DNA of 64,000 nt from a bacterium (GCA_021824915.1 JAKAJP010000018.1:596-64595), one strand, 5' to 3'; positions 27,505 to 37,065 are shown, numbered from the stretch's first letter. The notes: generated from the sequence alone by a model not told the origin. Made by a program: numbers and translations.

Positions 27505-28233
27505 ATGAGCGACGGGGCGAATATTCTTTCTGTTGAAAACCTCAAGGTTGAATTTGATAATCACGTAATCCTCAATGGAATTAGTTTTGATATAAAAAGG
27601 GACGATACTTTGGCGATAATCGGGCCGAATGGGGCGGGAAAATCCGTTCTTTTCCGCGCTCTTTTAGGGCTTATTCCTTATTTCGGAAAAATTACATGGG
27701 CGGCGGATGCCAAAATCGGTTATGTTCCTCAAAAACTTTCCGTTGCAAAAGATTTACCATTAACCGTTAACGAATTTTTGAAATTTAAGGAAAAGAGTGA
27801 TCAAAAAATTCATGAAGTTTTGGAAGAAGTCGGTTTTCAGAAAGAAGCCAATCACGTTCATAACGATGCAAGAGTTCTAAAAACCCGAATGGGGGATTTA
27901 TCCGGAGGAGAAATGCAAAGAGTGTTAATTGCCTATGCGCTTTTGAATAACCCAAATATCCTTCTTTTTGACGAGCCCACGGCGGGGGTTGATGTTGCCG
28001 GGGAAGAAACGATCTATTCTTTAATCCATAAACTTCAGGCAAAAGCGGATTTAACAATAATTTTTATTTCTCACGAACTTCAAGTTGTAAATAAGTACGC
28101 AAATAATGTTTTGTGTCTAAACCGCGAAATGGTTTGTTTCGGGCCGCCGCAGACGGCGATTGACCGCGAAATCTTAAATAAAATGTACGGTGAAGAAGTC
28201 CATTTATACAAACATCACGATCATGACCACTAA
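27505..28233 (+). CDS. ABC transporter ATP-binding protein, metal (Zn/Mn)-uptake type (ZnuC/TroB-like)
   Basis: Walker A 'GPNGAGKS', ABC signature 'LSGGEMQRV', Walker B 'LLFDEP' and a C-terminal His-rich tail 'HHDHDH'. Confidence 0.8.
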   Translation: MSDGANILSVENLKVEFDNHVILNGISFDIKRDDTLAIIGPNGAGKSVLFRALLGLIPYFGKITWAADAKIGYVPQKLSVAKDLPLTVNEFLKFKEKSDQKIHEVLEEVGFQKEANHVHNDARVLKTRMGDLSGGEMQRVLIAYALLNNPNILLFDEPTAGVDVAGEETIYSLIHKLQAKADLTIIFISHELQVVNKYANNVLCLNREMVCFGPPQTAIDREILNKMYGEEVHLYKHHDHDH

Positions 28234-28990
28234 CATATTATTTTTACTTTTTATCGGGGCAATGGTAGGCGCAGTGAGCGCATACCTGGGAAGTTTTATG
28301 GTTCTTAAGCGTATGTCCTTGGTCGGGGACGCATTAAGCCATGTGGCTCTTCCCGGAATTGCGATAGCTTTAACATTCGGAATTAACCCGATGATTGGTG
28401 CCCTAACTGCGCTTTTGATTGCAACTTTCGGGATTTGGTATTTAAGTGAACATTCGGAAGTTTATCCGGAAGCTCTTGTCGGAGTATTTTTTACGGCCTC
28501 GCTTTCCTTGGGACTTCTTTTGACTCCCGAACCGGACTTACTTGAAGCTCTTTTTGGGAATATAGATAAAGTTACAATGTTTGACGGGGCATTCGTGATA
28601 ATTGGCGCAATTATAATTTTTGTGACCACTTATGCAATTTCAAAAAATCTTCTTTTGGGAGTTGTTTCGGAAGACTTGGCCAAATCTCAAAAGATAAATA
28701 TAGGGAAAATAAATCTGATTTATTTGGTTTTGGTTGCATTAGTTGTTGCCCTGGGGGTAAAGTTTTTGGGAACTCTTTTGACCGGAGCAATGGTGATTAT
28801 TCCCGCCGTAACTGCGAAGAATTTAGCTAAAAGTATTCAGAACTACCATTTGGTATCTGTAATTATCGGAATTATTTCTTCCGTAGCAGGAATTTTAATT
28901 GCAAAATCTTTTGGAATTTCATCCGGTCCGGCTGTAGTTCTAACTGCCGTGACGCTATTTGCATTTAGTTATTTGTTTAAGTTAAAATAA
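28223..28990 (+). CDS. ABC transporter permease, metal-uptake type (ZnuB/TroCD-like, ABC-3 family)
   Basis: Eight predicted TM helices. 'VGDALSHVALPGIA' is typical of ABC-3 permeases. The likely start is the ATG at 28223, overlapping the ATPase gene by 11 nt. Confidence 0.7.
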   Translation: MTTNILFLLFIGAMVGAVSAYLGSFMVLKRMSLVGDALSHVALPGIAIALTFGINPMIGALTALLIATFGIWYLSEHSEVYPEALVGVFFTASLSLGLLLTPEPDLLEALFGNIDKVTMFDGAFVIIGAIIIFVTTYAISKNLLLGVVSEDLAKSQKINIGKINLIYLVLVALVVALGVKFLGTLLTGAMVIIPAVTAKNLAKSIQNYHLVSVIIGIISSVAGILIAKSFGISSGPAVVLTAVTLFAFSYLFKLK

Positions 28991-28994
28991 CAAA

Positions 28995-29633
28995 GTGAAA
29001 AATAAATTGGTTGTCGCAATCGCCGTAGTTTTGATTCTTCTGGTCGGCGGATACGGAGCATACAGAGTTTATAAACACTTCAAGAGGTTGGCAAATCCGA
29101 TTGCCCAAGTAATTCAAAATGCGAGCAAACCTACAACATTGAAAGATTTGTTGGGGTTGGGGAGCGCGCAGAAATGTACTTATACAGGGGGCACGGTTTA
29201 TGTTGCAAGTGGAAAAGTTAGGGGAGACTTTGGTGTTACTGAAAGCGGTAAGACAATAAATTCACATATGATTGTTGACGGAACGACCAGCTACATTTGG
29301 ACCGATGGTGAAAAAACCGGTTTTAAGATGACTTTTAACCCTGACGCAACGAGTGCACCTGCTCCTTCAATGTCACCAAGTGCAGCCGAGGCAGGACAGA
29401 GTGGTGCAATGGAGGCTGAACAACCTCAAGATTATAAGTGTGAGAGTTGGGCTTCCGATCCGACAATGTTTACTCTACCGAAAGATATAACTTTCCAGGA
29501 TTTTGGTTCTCTAGTACCGACGGCCGCGCCGCAGTCTACGGGTTCAACGGGCAATTCTTCTCAATGTGCGTACTGCGATAATCTTAGCGGGAACGATAAG
29601 ACGCAGTGTCTCTCCGCTCTTAACTGCAAATAA
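28995..29633 (+). CDS. Secreted or membrane-anchored protein of unknown function with a Cys-rich C-terminus
   Basis: GTG start. N-terminal signal/TM (LVVAIAVVLILLVGG). C-terminus 'SQCAYCDNLSGNDKTQCLSALNCK'. Sits immediately after the ABC permease. Confidence 0.4.
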   Translation: MKNKLVVAIAVVLILLVGGYGAYRVYKHFKRLANPIAQVIQNASKPTTLKDLLGLGSAQKCTYTGGTVYVASGKVRGDFGVTESGKTINSHMIVDGTTSYIWTDGEKTGFKMTFNPDATSAPAPSMSPSAAEAGQSGAMEAEQPQDYKCESWASDPTMFTLPKDITFQDFGSLVPTAAPQSTGSTGNSSQCAYCDNLSGNDKTQCLSALNCK

Positions 29634-30209
29634 TTATTTACCCGAAGCAAGAAGATTAATTCCAAGACTATTATCCTGTTGAGTTGGTTCCGGGGTAGCT
29701 TCTATTACATCTTTAAGTAATCCCCTTTTGGTTAAAACGTTTTTTACGGCGGTGCGGCACATTTCTGCTCTTTCTTCCGGCGAGGATTTGATTAAAGCTT
29801 CAGGGGCTTCGCAGCCTATTGCCATCACACTTCCGCTTTCGGAAAACATTAGATAACCCGGGAGATTTTGGGAAAAATCTGCCGAAACTCTACGGATTAC
29901 GGCATTGGCGCGGTTTTGTGAATCAAACCTGAAATTTTCCTGCCAAAGCCAGCCCGAATCTTTTTCGCCTTCAAATTGATTGACGGACAAATCTCCCCAC
30001 CTGCCCGGATTTTCAAAGCATCTCATACTAAACATTCCATCCGTATATATGTGCTCGAAGCCTACTTTTATGTCAGTGTGTGTTCCTTTGAGTTTTTCCC
30101 AGTTAATTTTGCCGGCCCCCAAAACTTCTTCGATATGGGTTTGGACATTTGTGTACCGGGATTCATCATTCAGGGCAATTTCGTTATTCGGGTGATTGAG
30201 CATAATCAA
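29634..30209 (-). CDS. Hypothetical protein
   Basis: 191-aa ORF with no recognisable motif. Its stop abuts the stop of the convergent upstream gene. Confidence 0.35.
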   Translation of the reverse strand: MIMLNHPNNEIALNDESRYTNVQTHIEEVLGAGKINWEKLKGTHTDIKVGFEHIYTDGMFSMRCFENPGRWGDLSVNQFEGEKDSGWLWQENFRFDSQNRANAVIRRVSADFSQNLPGYLMFSESGSVMAIGCEAPEALIKSSPEERAEMCRTAVKNVLTKRGLLKDVIEATPEPTQQDNSLGINLLASGK

Positions 30210-30231
30210 ATTATAACAACATTTTATGCTT

Positions 30232-31017
30232 TCACTTAGATGGTTTTATGGGGTAAGGAGTTTTGGTTGCCGTTTGTTCCAAAGAGTTTTGTCCTGATTT
30301 CGCGGCCATCTGTAAAAAACCAAGTGGATCGTAAACAAGGGATAATGTTTCTAATTCTTCTTTAAGGCGACTCAGTCTTTCTTGATCGACTGCTTCCTGC
30401 GAGGTTATGGAATATTCGGGTTGGGGATAGAACGATTCTACCGGCTCGACTTTTATATTCACCCCGTAGTCGCAACTTAAGATTTCGGCCCGAGGCGCAT
30501 GTGACGCGTGTGTAATGCCCAATATCTTTTTGTACCCGTGTAGGTCGGAGTATGTTCTTAAATCTCGGGCGTTGGTTGCCGTATTTACTGATCCGTCGGC
30601 TATATCTACAGAGTTTCTATCTAATTCGGTGTTTCCATGAGAAATTTGTTTTACCTCTTGTTGTATAAATTCGATTGAAGCTTCCGCGACGTTATTATCC
30701 CCTGCATCTATGATCAAAATCTTATCAGCTTGTCGTTCGACATAGGCTTTCGCAGCTGCCTGAAGGCGTTCTCTTTGGGCGGTGTTTGGGTGAATTTTTC
30801 CGTCACCATCAACGTAAGTGCCTGCGCTAAAAACGGCAATTAAATCATATGGTCTTGAGGGATTAGCGGCTTCACCGTGGGAACAATCGGGTACACCACC
30901 TGATAGGTGTTTAAGTACCATTTTTGTGGTATCAAAATTTATAGTTGGGATACCCAGGATTATTGCTGCCAAAAGACTATTTCTAAGAGCTCTATAGTTT
31001 CTTGCCTCTTTACTCAT
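30232..31017 (-). CDS. DUF218 (YdcF/SanA/ElyC)-like protein with N-terminal TM
   Basis: 'KILIIDAGD...SVNTATNARD...ITHASHAPRA' resembles the conserved DUF218 core (S-x-N-T-x-x-N-A, V-T-x-x-x-H-x-x-R-A). Confidence 0.45.
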   Translation of the reverse strand: MSKEARNYRALRNSLLAAIILGIPTINFDTTKMVLKHLSGGVPDCSHGEAANPSRPYDLIAVFSAGTYVDGDGKIHPNTAQRERLQAAAKAYVERQADKILIIDAGDNNVAEASIEFIQQEVKQISHGNTELDRNSVDIADGSVNTATNARDLRTYSDLHGYKKILGITHASHAPRAEILSCDYGVNIKVEPVESFYPQPEYSITSQEAVDQERLSRLKEELETLSLVYDPLGFLQMAAKSGQNSLEQTATKTPYPIKPSK

Positions 31018-31095
31018 GTCGTATTATAGGGCTTTTTTATCATTTTTTCATTTTTCGGAATTGACAGAGAAGTTTGCATGCCTTTTAATTAGGGA

Positions 31096-31497
31096 GTGAA
31101 GGAGAAATTATATTTTTGGGTTAAAGTTTTGGCCTTGGTTGGTATTGGCCTTGCCATATTTCTTCTTTGGGAGCAGTTTTTTCATCCCAGTTTTCAGCCC
31201 TGTAACATAAACGAGACCGTTAACTGCGATGCAGTTATCAGTGGTGTTGTTGCCAAAACTTTGGGAATCCCCACACCTCTAATTGGTTTAATCGGCTATG
31301 TTGTGATCTTTTTCTCCGCTATAAAGAAGAACGCAAAGCTCCTTTTGGGTATGGCAACTTTTGGCTTGGTATTTTGTCTTTATATTGCATATCGTGAACT
31401 TTTTGGGCTTCACGTAATCTGTCCGGTTTGTGTTTTATGTCAACTTGATATGATTACGGTTTTTATCCTCGGGATACTTCTAGTTAGGAAAAAATAG
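31096..31497 (+). CDS. Vitamin K epoxide reductase (VKOR)-family thiol-disulfide oxidoreductase, 4-TM
   Basis: Loop Cys pair 'CNINETVNC', a VKOR-like 'SGVVAKTLGIPTPLIGLIGY' segment, and a CxxC 'CPVC' in the last TM. GTG start. Confidence 0.65.
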   Translation: MKEKLYFWVKVLALVGIGLAIFLLWEQFFHPSFQPCNINETVNCDAVISGVVAKTLGIPTPLIGLIGYVVIFFSAIKKNAKLLLGMATFGLVFCLYIAYRELFGLHVICPVCVLCQLDMITVFILGILLVRKK

Positions 31498-31524
31498 CGT
31501 TAAAATAGTAGCTACCCAAAAAAT

Positions 31525-32142
31525 ATGTCAAAAAGCGTTTACGAAGTTATTTTTGACACCGAAACAAAAAAGTTTTTTGATGACGAAAGCGGATTTGATC
31601 CGTCAAAACTTGGTGTTTCAATAGTTTCCGTTTACACAAGGAAGCTTGGCGGTGATCTCAAAGAGATAGAGGGTAAGATGCAATCTTTTTGGGAAGAGGA
31701 CTTTCCCGAAATGTTTAAGCTTATAGAAAACGCTGACCGTATAATTGGGTTTAACTCCAAAGGTTTCGATGTTCCTGCTCTATCTCCGTATTTACCTGCG
31801 CATTGGGAGAGGCTGGCCCATTTTGATATTTTGGATGAGATTAAAATCGCTATCGGAAAAAGGGTTTCTCTTGATTCGCTGGCTCGGGCAACTCTTGGGA
31901 CAAAGAAAAATGATAACGGTGAAAACGCGATCAAATATTGGCTCACACACTCAAAAGAAAGTCTTGAGAAGCTTAAAAAGTATTGTGAAATGGACGTTGA
32001 AATAACCAAAAACATTTATGATCACGCCCTTCATAACGGAGTTCTAAAATACATTGATTTTTGGAACGAGACACACGAAGTTAAGCTTGATTTTTCCTAT
32101 CCCAAAGAAGATATATCAAACGTTCAGCACAGCCTCTTTTAA
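31525..32142 (+). CDS. DEDDy-type 3'-5' exonuclease domain protein
   Basis: Exo I 'IFDTETKKFFDDES', Exo II 'GFNSKGFDVPAL' and Exo III 'YCEMDVEITKNIYDH' (Y-x3-D). Confidence 0.5.
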   Translation: MSKSVYEVIFDTETKKFFDDESGFDPSKLGVSIVSVYTRKLGGDLKEIEGKMQSFWEEDFPEMFKLIENADRIIGFNSKGFDVPALSPYLPAHWERLAHFDILDEIKIAIGKRVSLDSLARATLGTKKNDNGENAIKYWLTHSKESLEKLKKYCEMDVEITKNIYDHALHNGVLKYIDFWNETHEVKLDFSYPKEDISNVQHSLF

Positions 32143-32531
32143 TGCTTGGCGTTTTCGGCTGCAAGAGCTTCGGCTTTAGTTTTGTGAATTGTTCCGTCCG
32201 GATGATGTGCCGGAGAATAAATCGTATAAAGTTTGAGTTCCGTAGTTTTTGACGTATTAATTATGTTATGTTCGTTTCCTGCCGGAACTATAACGCAATC
32301 CCCAGCACTTAGTATAAATTCTTCCCCGTTTATTATTGCCTTTGCTTCTCCCGACTCGAATCTTAAGAACTGATCGTTTTCGGGATGAACCTCCATTCCG
32401 ATTTCTTCAGAAGGGGCAAGACACATTAGAACTAATTGTGAATGTGGTGCCGTAAAAATTACTTTGCGGAAGAAAGTGTTTGCGGCAGTATCTTTTTCCA
32501 GCGTTGATTTGAAACCGCTCATTTTTCTCAC
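32139..32531 (-). CDS. Cupin-domain protein
   Basis: 'GMEVHPENDQFLRFESGEAKAIINGEEFILSAGDCVIVPAGNEHNIIN' matches the two-motif cupin pattern. Confidence 0.6.
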   Translation of the reverse strand: MRKMSGFKSTLEKDTAANTFFRKVIFTAPHSQLVLMCLAPSEEIGMEVHPENDQFLRFESGEAKAIINGEEFILSAGDCVIVPAGNEHNIINTSKTTELKLYTIYSPAHHPDGTIHKTKAEALAAENAKH

Positions 32532-32589
32532 CCTCTTTCCAATTCATATTACCAGGTTTTGCATAGTGTTGTATAATTTCTTGAAAGTT

Positions 32590-33201
32590 ATGAAATATTT
32601 TATTTCGGTAGTGGTTACGGCATTGATAGTGGGCCTTGGTGTTACTGCTTATTTCAAAGGATGGCTTCCTCAAGTTTCGTTTACAAAACCTCAGGCAGTT
32701 TCCGTTCAGGGCACAGAAGTTGCAACTCCTATTAATTCGCCGGCAGTTTCTCCAACACCAACAGCCTTGACACCCACAGAGATTAAAGCCGGGGGAATTT
32801 TATCAATGAGCGCGTACTCTATTAATATTCCGTCCGATTGGTCGTATTCAAAGGACGGATCTATTGCCGGACAATCAGACAAGCTTACAATAACAAAAGG
32901 TGCCTATTCGATAACTATTTCTCAGGGAGCTTTTGGAGGCGGAGGCTGTCTTTATCCCGGAGACGCTGATAGTGAGATGTCACAGAGATTTACTTCATTT
33001 ACCGCTATCACGGATCAATCCGGAGATAACTTGCGTCTTAGCACTCTTTCTTCCGGGGGATATGTGGTTTGTCAGGGGAATGGAACTTCCTGGGGGGATA
33101 TTACAAGCTTCGGTCATATTAGTGTTACCGCACCGGCTGGACCCGATATGACATTAGTTAGTCAAATAAACTCTATTCTTTCAAGCCTCAAGAAAATTTA
33201 A
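32590..33201 (+). CDS. Secreted protein of unknown function (signal peptide/TM then Pro/Thr/Ser-rich region)
   Basis: The likely start is MKYFISVVVTALIVGLG at 32590. The ORF-track start at 32464 would overlap the convergent cupin gene. Confidence 0.4.
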   Translation: MKYFISVVVTALIVGLGVTAYFKGWLPQVSFTKPQAVSVQGTEVATPINSPAVSPTPTALTPTEIKAGGILSMSAYSINIPSDWSYSKDGSIAGQSDKLTITKGAYSITISQGAFGGGGCLYPGDADSEMSQRFTSFTAITDQSGDNLRLSTLSSGGYVVCQGNGTSWGDITSFGHISVTAPAGPDMTLVSQINSILSSLKKI

Positions 33202-34259
33202 AAACTACCCGAGACGTATTTTTGAACTTCTGAGTATTCAAACATTCCTGCCTTGGGGTAAAGTATATATTCTCCGTCCGCGGCTGTTCCCTGATTAAGA
33301 ACATTGTCAGTTGTCAGTTGAATTTGTTTAATTGTATAGGCCTTGGGGTCTCCGAAAACAGCGATCAAGCTTTTGATGGTTCCGGCATCGAGGTCTGTTC
33401 TGACAATCTGCGAAACGGTGTTTATTATGTCATTTAACTTTCCGGTAGCGTTAAGGGAGATTAATTTATTTTCGACTCCGGTTAGTACGGCAAATTGTCT
33501 TAAAGATCTTCCGAAATCACTATCTCCATGGCGGGAACGGGAAAATTTAAGTGCGGTCACCCCATCAAGATTTGCCGACCCAACATCGAAATGAAGATGT
33601 TCAAAACGGCAGGGGAATTGTTCTTCAAGAGCGGTTCCCGAATATTGAGCTTTTAGAGCATTAACCTGATCGTTCGAATATCCGCAGACATTGTTTTCCT
33701 GACCTGTTATTGGATAAAAAGGATCGTCAAAAGTCTTTGGAACCTGAACCGTGATACCGCCAAGATCATCAATAATTTTTATAAATCCTCCAAAATCTAC
33801 GGAGACATAATAATTTATCGGAAGCCCTATGACGTTTTGTACTACCGGGCCGGAGTTTTGGAAGCCGTTAATACCGGCCGCATTTATTTTATGATTTCCC
33901 GATACCCAGAGGTCTCTTGGAATGCTGATTAAAGCTGCCTTTTTGGTGATAGTATCTACGTGAATAACTATAATACTATCTGTTAATAAAGCCCCGTCAT
34001 GTCCGTCGCCTCCGTAACCCAGAAGGAGCACATTATAAGTTCCCTTAGATTGATTGATTTGGTCGATTGGTTTTGGGGTGGCTTTAGCATAGATGTTTGG
34101 TGTGGGAAGAATTTGTCTAAATGGGTTTTTTGTAAAAACTTTACCGAAGTTGAAGGCAAGATACGGAACTCCGAAGCCGATTACAAAGACCATAAAAAGC
34201 CCGACCCCTATTAATATGTTTTGCCAAATTGGTCGGTCACCTTCAAAAATATTTAGCAC
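33198..34259 (-). CDS. LytR-CpsA-Psr (LCP) family cell-envelope polymer phosphotransferase
   Basis: N-terminal TM, then 'NVLLLGYGGDGHDGALLTDSIIVIHVDTITKKAALISIPRDLWV', the LCP core motif. Confidence 0.75.
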   Translation of the reverse strand: MLNIFEGDRPIWQNILIGVGLFMVFVIGFGVPYLAFNFGKVFTKNPFRQILPTPNIYAKATPKPIDQINQSKGTYNVLLLGYGGDGHDGALLTDSIIVIHVDTITKKAALISIPRDLWVSGNHKINAAGINGFQNSGPVVQNVIGLPINYYVSVDFGGFIKIIDDLGGITVQVPKTFDDPFYPITGQENNVCGYSNDQVNALKAQYSGTALEEQFPCRFEHLHFDVGSANLDGVTALKFSRSRHGDSDFGRSLRQFAVLTGVENKLISLNATGKLNDIINTVSQIVRTDLDAGTIKSLIAVFGDPKAYTIKQIQLTTDNVLNQGTAADGEYILYPKAGMFEYSEVQKYVSGSF

Positions 34260-34285
34260 GCTAGCGTTAATTATACATTAGAGTT

Positions 34286-34690
34286 ATGATGAATTTAGTG
34301 GATCTTAATTGGTATAACACTCTCTCTAAACCCTTTTTTACGCCTCCATCATGGATTTTTGGCCCGGCGTGGACAATTCTTTATTTTTTAATGGCAGTCT
34401 CCGCAGTTTTGATTTTCCGGAAAGGAATTAAAAAGCCGGAAATAAAAGCTGCCCTTAAGCTGTTTTTCTTCCAGCTCGTATTGAATCTTATCTGGTCGCC
34501 AGTGTTTTTTGGGCTTCATAACATTTTCCTTGCCCTGCTTTTAATCTTGATTCTTTGGTATTTAATACTGGCAACGATAAAAGCGTTTTATAAGATTGAC
34601 AAAATTGCCTCATATCTTCTTTGGCCTTATATCTTGTGGGTAAGTTTTGCCACAGTTCTAAATTTTTCCGTTTGGATTTTGAATAGATAG
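34286..34690 (+). CDS. tspO: TspO/MBR (tryptophan-rich sensory protein) family membrane protein
   Basis: 'LSKPFFTPPSWIFGPAWTILYFLMAVSAVLIF' matches the TspO N-terminal signature. Five TM helices in ~134 aa. Confidence 0.75.
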   Translation: MMNLVDLNWYNTLSKPFFTPPSWIFGPAWTILYFLMAVSAVLIFRKGIKKPEIKAALKLFFFQLVLNLIWSPVFFGLHNIFLALLLILILWYLILATIKAFYKIDKIASYLLWPYILWVSFATVLNFSVWILNR

Positions 34691-34706
34691 AGAGGGGGTG
34701 AGAAGA

Positions 34707-34973
34707 ATGAAGCTTAAATTAGGTGCTACGGCGATGGTTCTTGGGGTTTTTGTCGCTCTGATGCATGCGGTTTGGATGCTTTTGATTTATTTGGGGTTGG
34801 CGCAGATTTACTTGAATTGGATTTTTGGTTTGCATCTTATAACGAATCCCTACAGAGTACTGCCGTTTAATTTTGGAACAGCATTAACTCTAATTGTTGT
34901 TACTTTTATTGTTGGATACATAATGGGTTGGGTGTTCGCGTTTATTTGGAACAGACTACACAAAGGAAAGTAA
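34707..34973 (+). CDS. Small membrane protein of unknown function
   Basis: About 88 aa with three hydrophobic helices. The ATG at 34707 follows GGGGGTGAGAAG. The ORF track lists a GTG at 34698. Confidence 0.35.
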   Translation: MKLKLGATAMVLGVFVALMHAVWMLLIYLGLAQIYLNWIFGLHLITNPYRVLPFNFGTALTLIVVTFIVGYIMGWVFAFIWNRLHKGK

Positions 34974-34991
34974 TAACTATATAATTCAGCT

Positions 34992-36296
34992 ATGGATTCG
35001 AGAGTTTCGTCGCAGACGACGATGGACAAGATAACTTCACTTGCGAAGCGGAGGGGTTTTATCTTCCAAGGAAGTGAAATTTACGGAGGCTACCAAGGGT
35101 TTTGGGATTATGGTCCTTTGGGAGTCGAGCTCAAAAACAACATTAAGCGTGAATGGTGGAAGTCTATGGTTTACGGACGGGAGGATGTTGTCGGAATTGA
35201 TGCGGCGATAATAATGAATCCGGTAACTTGGGAAAAGTCAGGTCATCTTAAAGCCTTCACAGATCCCTTAGTTGAATGTAAGATTTGCCACAAAAGGGTG
35301 CGTGCCGATAATGAAGCGGCGATTGCCGAGCATGAGAAAGAACATGGAGAAAAAGTAAGTTGGAGCGAACCTAAAACTTTCAATTTGATGACGGAGGTTC
35401 TTCTGGGAACGACGGAGCCGAAAGAAAAATCGTATCTTCGCGGGGAAATCACCCAAGGGGTTTTTGTTAATTTTAGGAATGTAACCGACTCTACCCGCGT
35501 TAAGATTCCGTTTGGAATTGCCCAAATAGGTAAAGCCTTCAGAAATGAAATTACTCCCGGAAATCTGACTTTCCGATCGCGTGAATTTGAACAGATGGAG
35601 CTTGAGTATTTTGTCAGACCGGATGAACAAGTAAGCAAAGAGAATTTTGAATATTGGAAAGAGCAAAGGTTAAGCTGGTATGAAAATTTGGGTATGACCA
35701 AATCAAAACTAAGGTTTAAGGATCATGAACCCGAAAAAAGGGCTCATTATGCGAAGTATGCGACAGATATTGAGTATGAAGCGCCGTTTGGTTGGAGTGA
35801 ATTTGAAGGAGTTCATCACAGGGGGGACTTTGATTTGAAAAACCACGGTTTAACTTATAAAGACAATTTAACCGGCGAAGAATTTACACCCTGGGTGATT
35901 GAGACTTCCGGCGGGGTTGACAGGGCGGCATTATTTTTCCTGATTGATGCGTATCATGAGGATGGTGACAGGATTGTTTTGAAATTGAGCCCGAAGCTTG
36001 CGCCATACAAAGTTGCAGTCTTCCCGCTCCTTGCGAATAAGCCGGAGCTGGTTGAGAAGGCGAGGGATATTTATAAGGCTCTTAAGAAAAATTTTGTTGT
36101 TGCCTGGGACGATAGGGGGAATATCGGGAAGCGATACTTTGCTCAGGATGAAATAGGAACCCCGTGGTGTGTTACGGTTGATTTTGATTCTTTGAACGAT
36201 AAAAAAGTTACGGTACGCTATCGGGACACTGGTAAACAAAAAAGGATTGATATTGACAAGCTAACGGATTACTTCCAAAATGAATTACTCGCATGA
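34992..36296 (+). CDS. glyQS: Glycine--tRNA ligase, alpha2 homodimeric type
   Basis: 'LAKRRGFIFQGSEIYGGYQGFWDYGPLGVELKNNIKREWW' is the canonical N-terminus of class II dimeric GlyRS. A C-terminal anticodon-binding region is present. Confidence 0.9.
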   Translation: MDSRVSSQTTMDKITSLAKRRGFIFQGSEIYGGYQGFWDYGPLGVELKNNIKREWWKSMVYGREDVVGIDAAIIMNPVTWEKSGHLKAFTDPLVECKICHKRVRADNEAAIAEHEKEHGEKVSWSEPKTFNLMTEVLLGTTEPKEKSYLRGEITQGVFVNFRNVTDSTRVKIPFGIAQIGKAFRNEITPGNLTFRSREFEQMELEYFVRPDEQVSKENFEYWKEQRLSWYENLGMTKSKLRFKDHEPEKRAHYAKYATDIEYEAPFGWSEFEGVHHRGDFDLKNHGLTYKDNLTGEEFTPWVIETSGGVDRAALFFLIDAYHEDGDRIVLKLSPKLAPYKVAVFPLLANKPELVEKARDIYKALKKNFVVAWDDRGNIGKRYFAQDEIGTPWCVTVDFDSLNDKKVTVRYRDTGKQKRIDIDKLTDYFQNELLA

Positions 36297-36955
36297 AAAA
36301 GTTTCTTCCCCTAATTTTAATCGGAGTCGGCATTTTGATAGTTGTGGGGGTTGTTTTTGTTTTAGTAAACAGATCAAAAACCGGAAATACTACTGATAAC
36401 TCCGAGGATATGAATGTGCCTGAACTACCTCAATCGCAGTGGCCTGCGGTTTCTCTGACTCCTACCGAAGACCCCAATGTTCCTAATTCACTTGGCCATT
36501 ATTTAGACTTTAAGGTTGAAAAGATAAACGTTCCCAATGCAAAGACCATGGATTATGAACTTGTTTATTCTACGACTAATGGGGGCCAGCAGGGAGTACC
36601 GGGAACGGTCCAGTTGAGCGGGGACATCGAAAGAAAACTTTTGATGGGCTCGGCTTCTTCGGGTAAATACCGGTTTGATGCGGGAGTTGATCATGGAACT
36701 ATGACTATCAGGTTTAGAGATGGGAACGGAAAGCTTTTAGGGAAGCTTTCCACCGATTTTCATTTGCAACTCGGTGACACAAAGCTAACCTCACAGGATG
36801 GTAAGTTCACCTATACGCTCGAAAAAGTGGCTAGCGGGGTCTATTTTGTTACAATGCAAACCTTTGCCCAGCCAAGTTCTTCTGTTGTCTGGCAAAATGG
36901 TTACGGCGTTTTTGCCTCAGATGGCCTTCCTCATAAAGGTAGTGTAAGTCAGTAA
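36293..36955 (+). CDS. Secreted or membrane-anchored hypothetical protein
   Basis: N-terminal TM 'LPLILIGVGILIVVGVVFVLV'. ATGA overlap with glyQS. No motif. Confidence 0.4.
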   Translation: MKKFLPLILIGVGILIVVGVVFVLVNRSKTGNTTDNSEDMNVPELPQSQWPAVSLTPTEDPNVPNSLGHYLDFKVEKINVPNAKTMDYELVYSTTNGGQQGVPGTVQLSGDIERKLLMGSASSGKYRFDAGVDHGTMTIRFRDGNGKLLGKLSTDFHLQLGDTKLTSQDGKFTYTLEKVASGVYFVTMQTFAQPSSSVVWQNGYGVFASDGLPHKGSVSQ

Positions 36956-36994
36956 CTTCCTTATAGGTTTTTTGTGAAAATCGTGAAGAACCCC

Positions 36995-37065
36995 TTGACA
37001 TGGCCGTGAAAAAATATCAAAATGGTATCTAATGGCATTGAATGGTAAGCATTCAAACCATTTTG
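36995..37065 (+). promoter_or_regulatory. Candidate dcw-cluster promoter/operator: TTGACA (36995-37000), extended -10-like TGgTATCTA (37023-37031), overlapped by a nested inverted repeat CAAAATGG...TTGAATG-gtaag-CATTCAA...CCATTTTG (37018-37065)
   Basis: Read directly from the sequence 35-105 nt upstream of the mraZ start codon. Confidence 0.3.
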
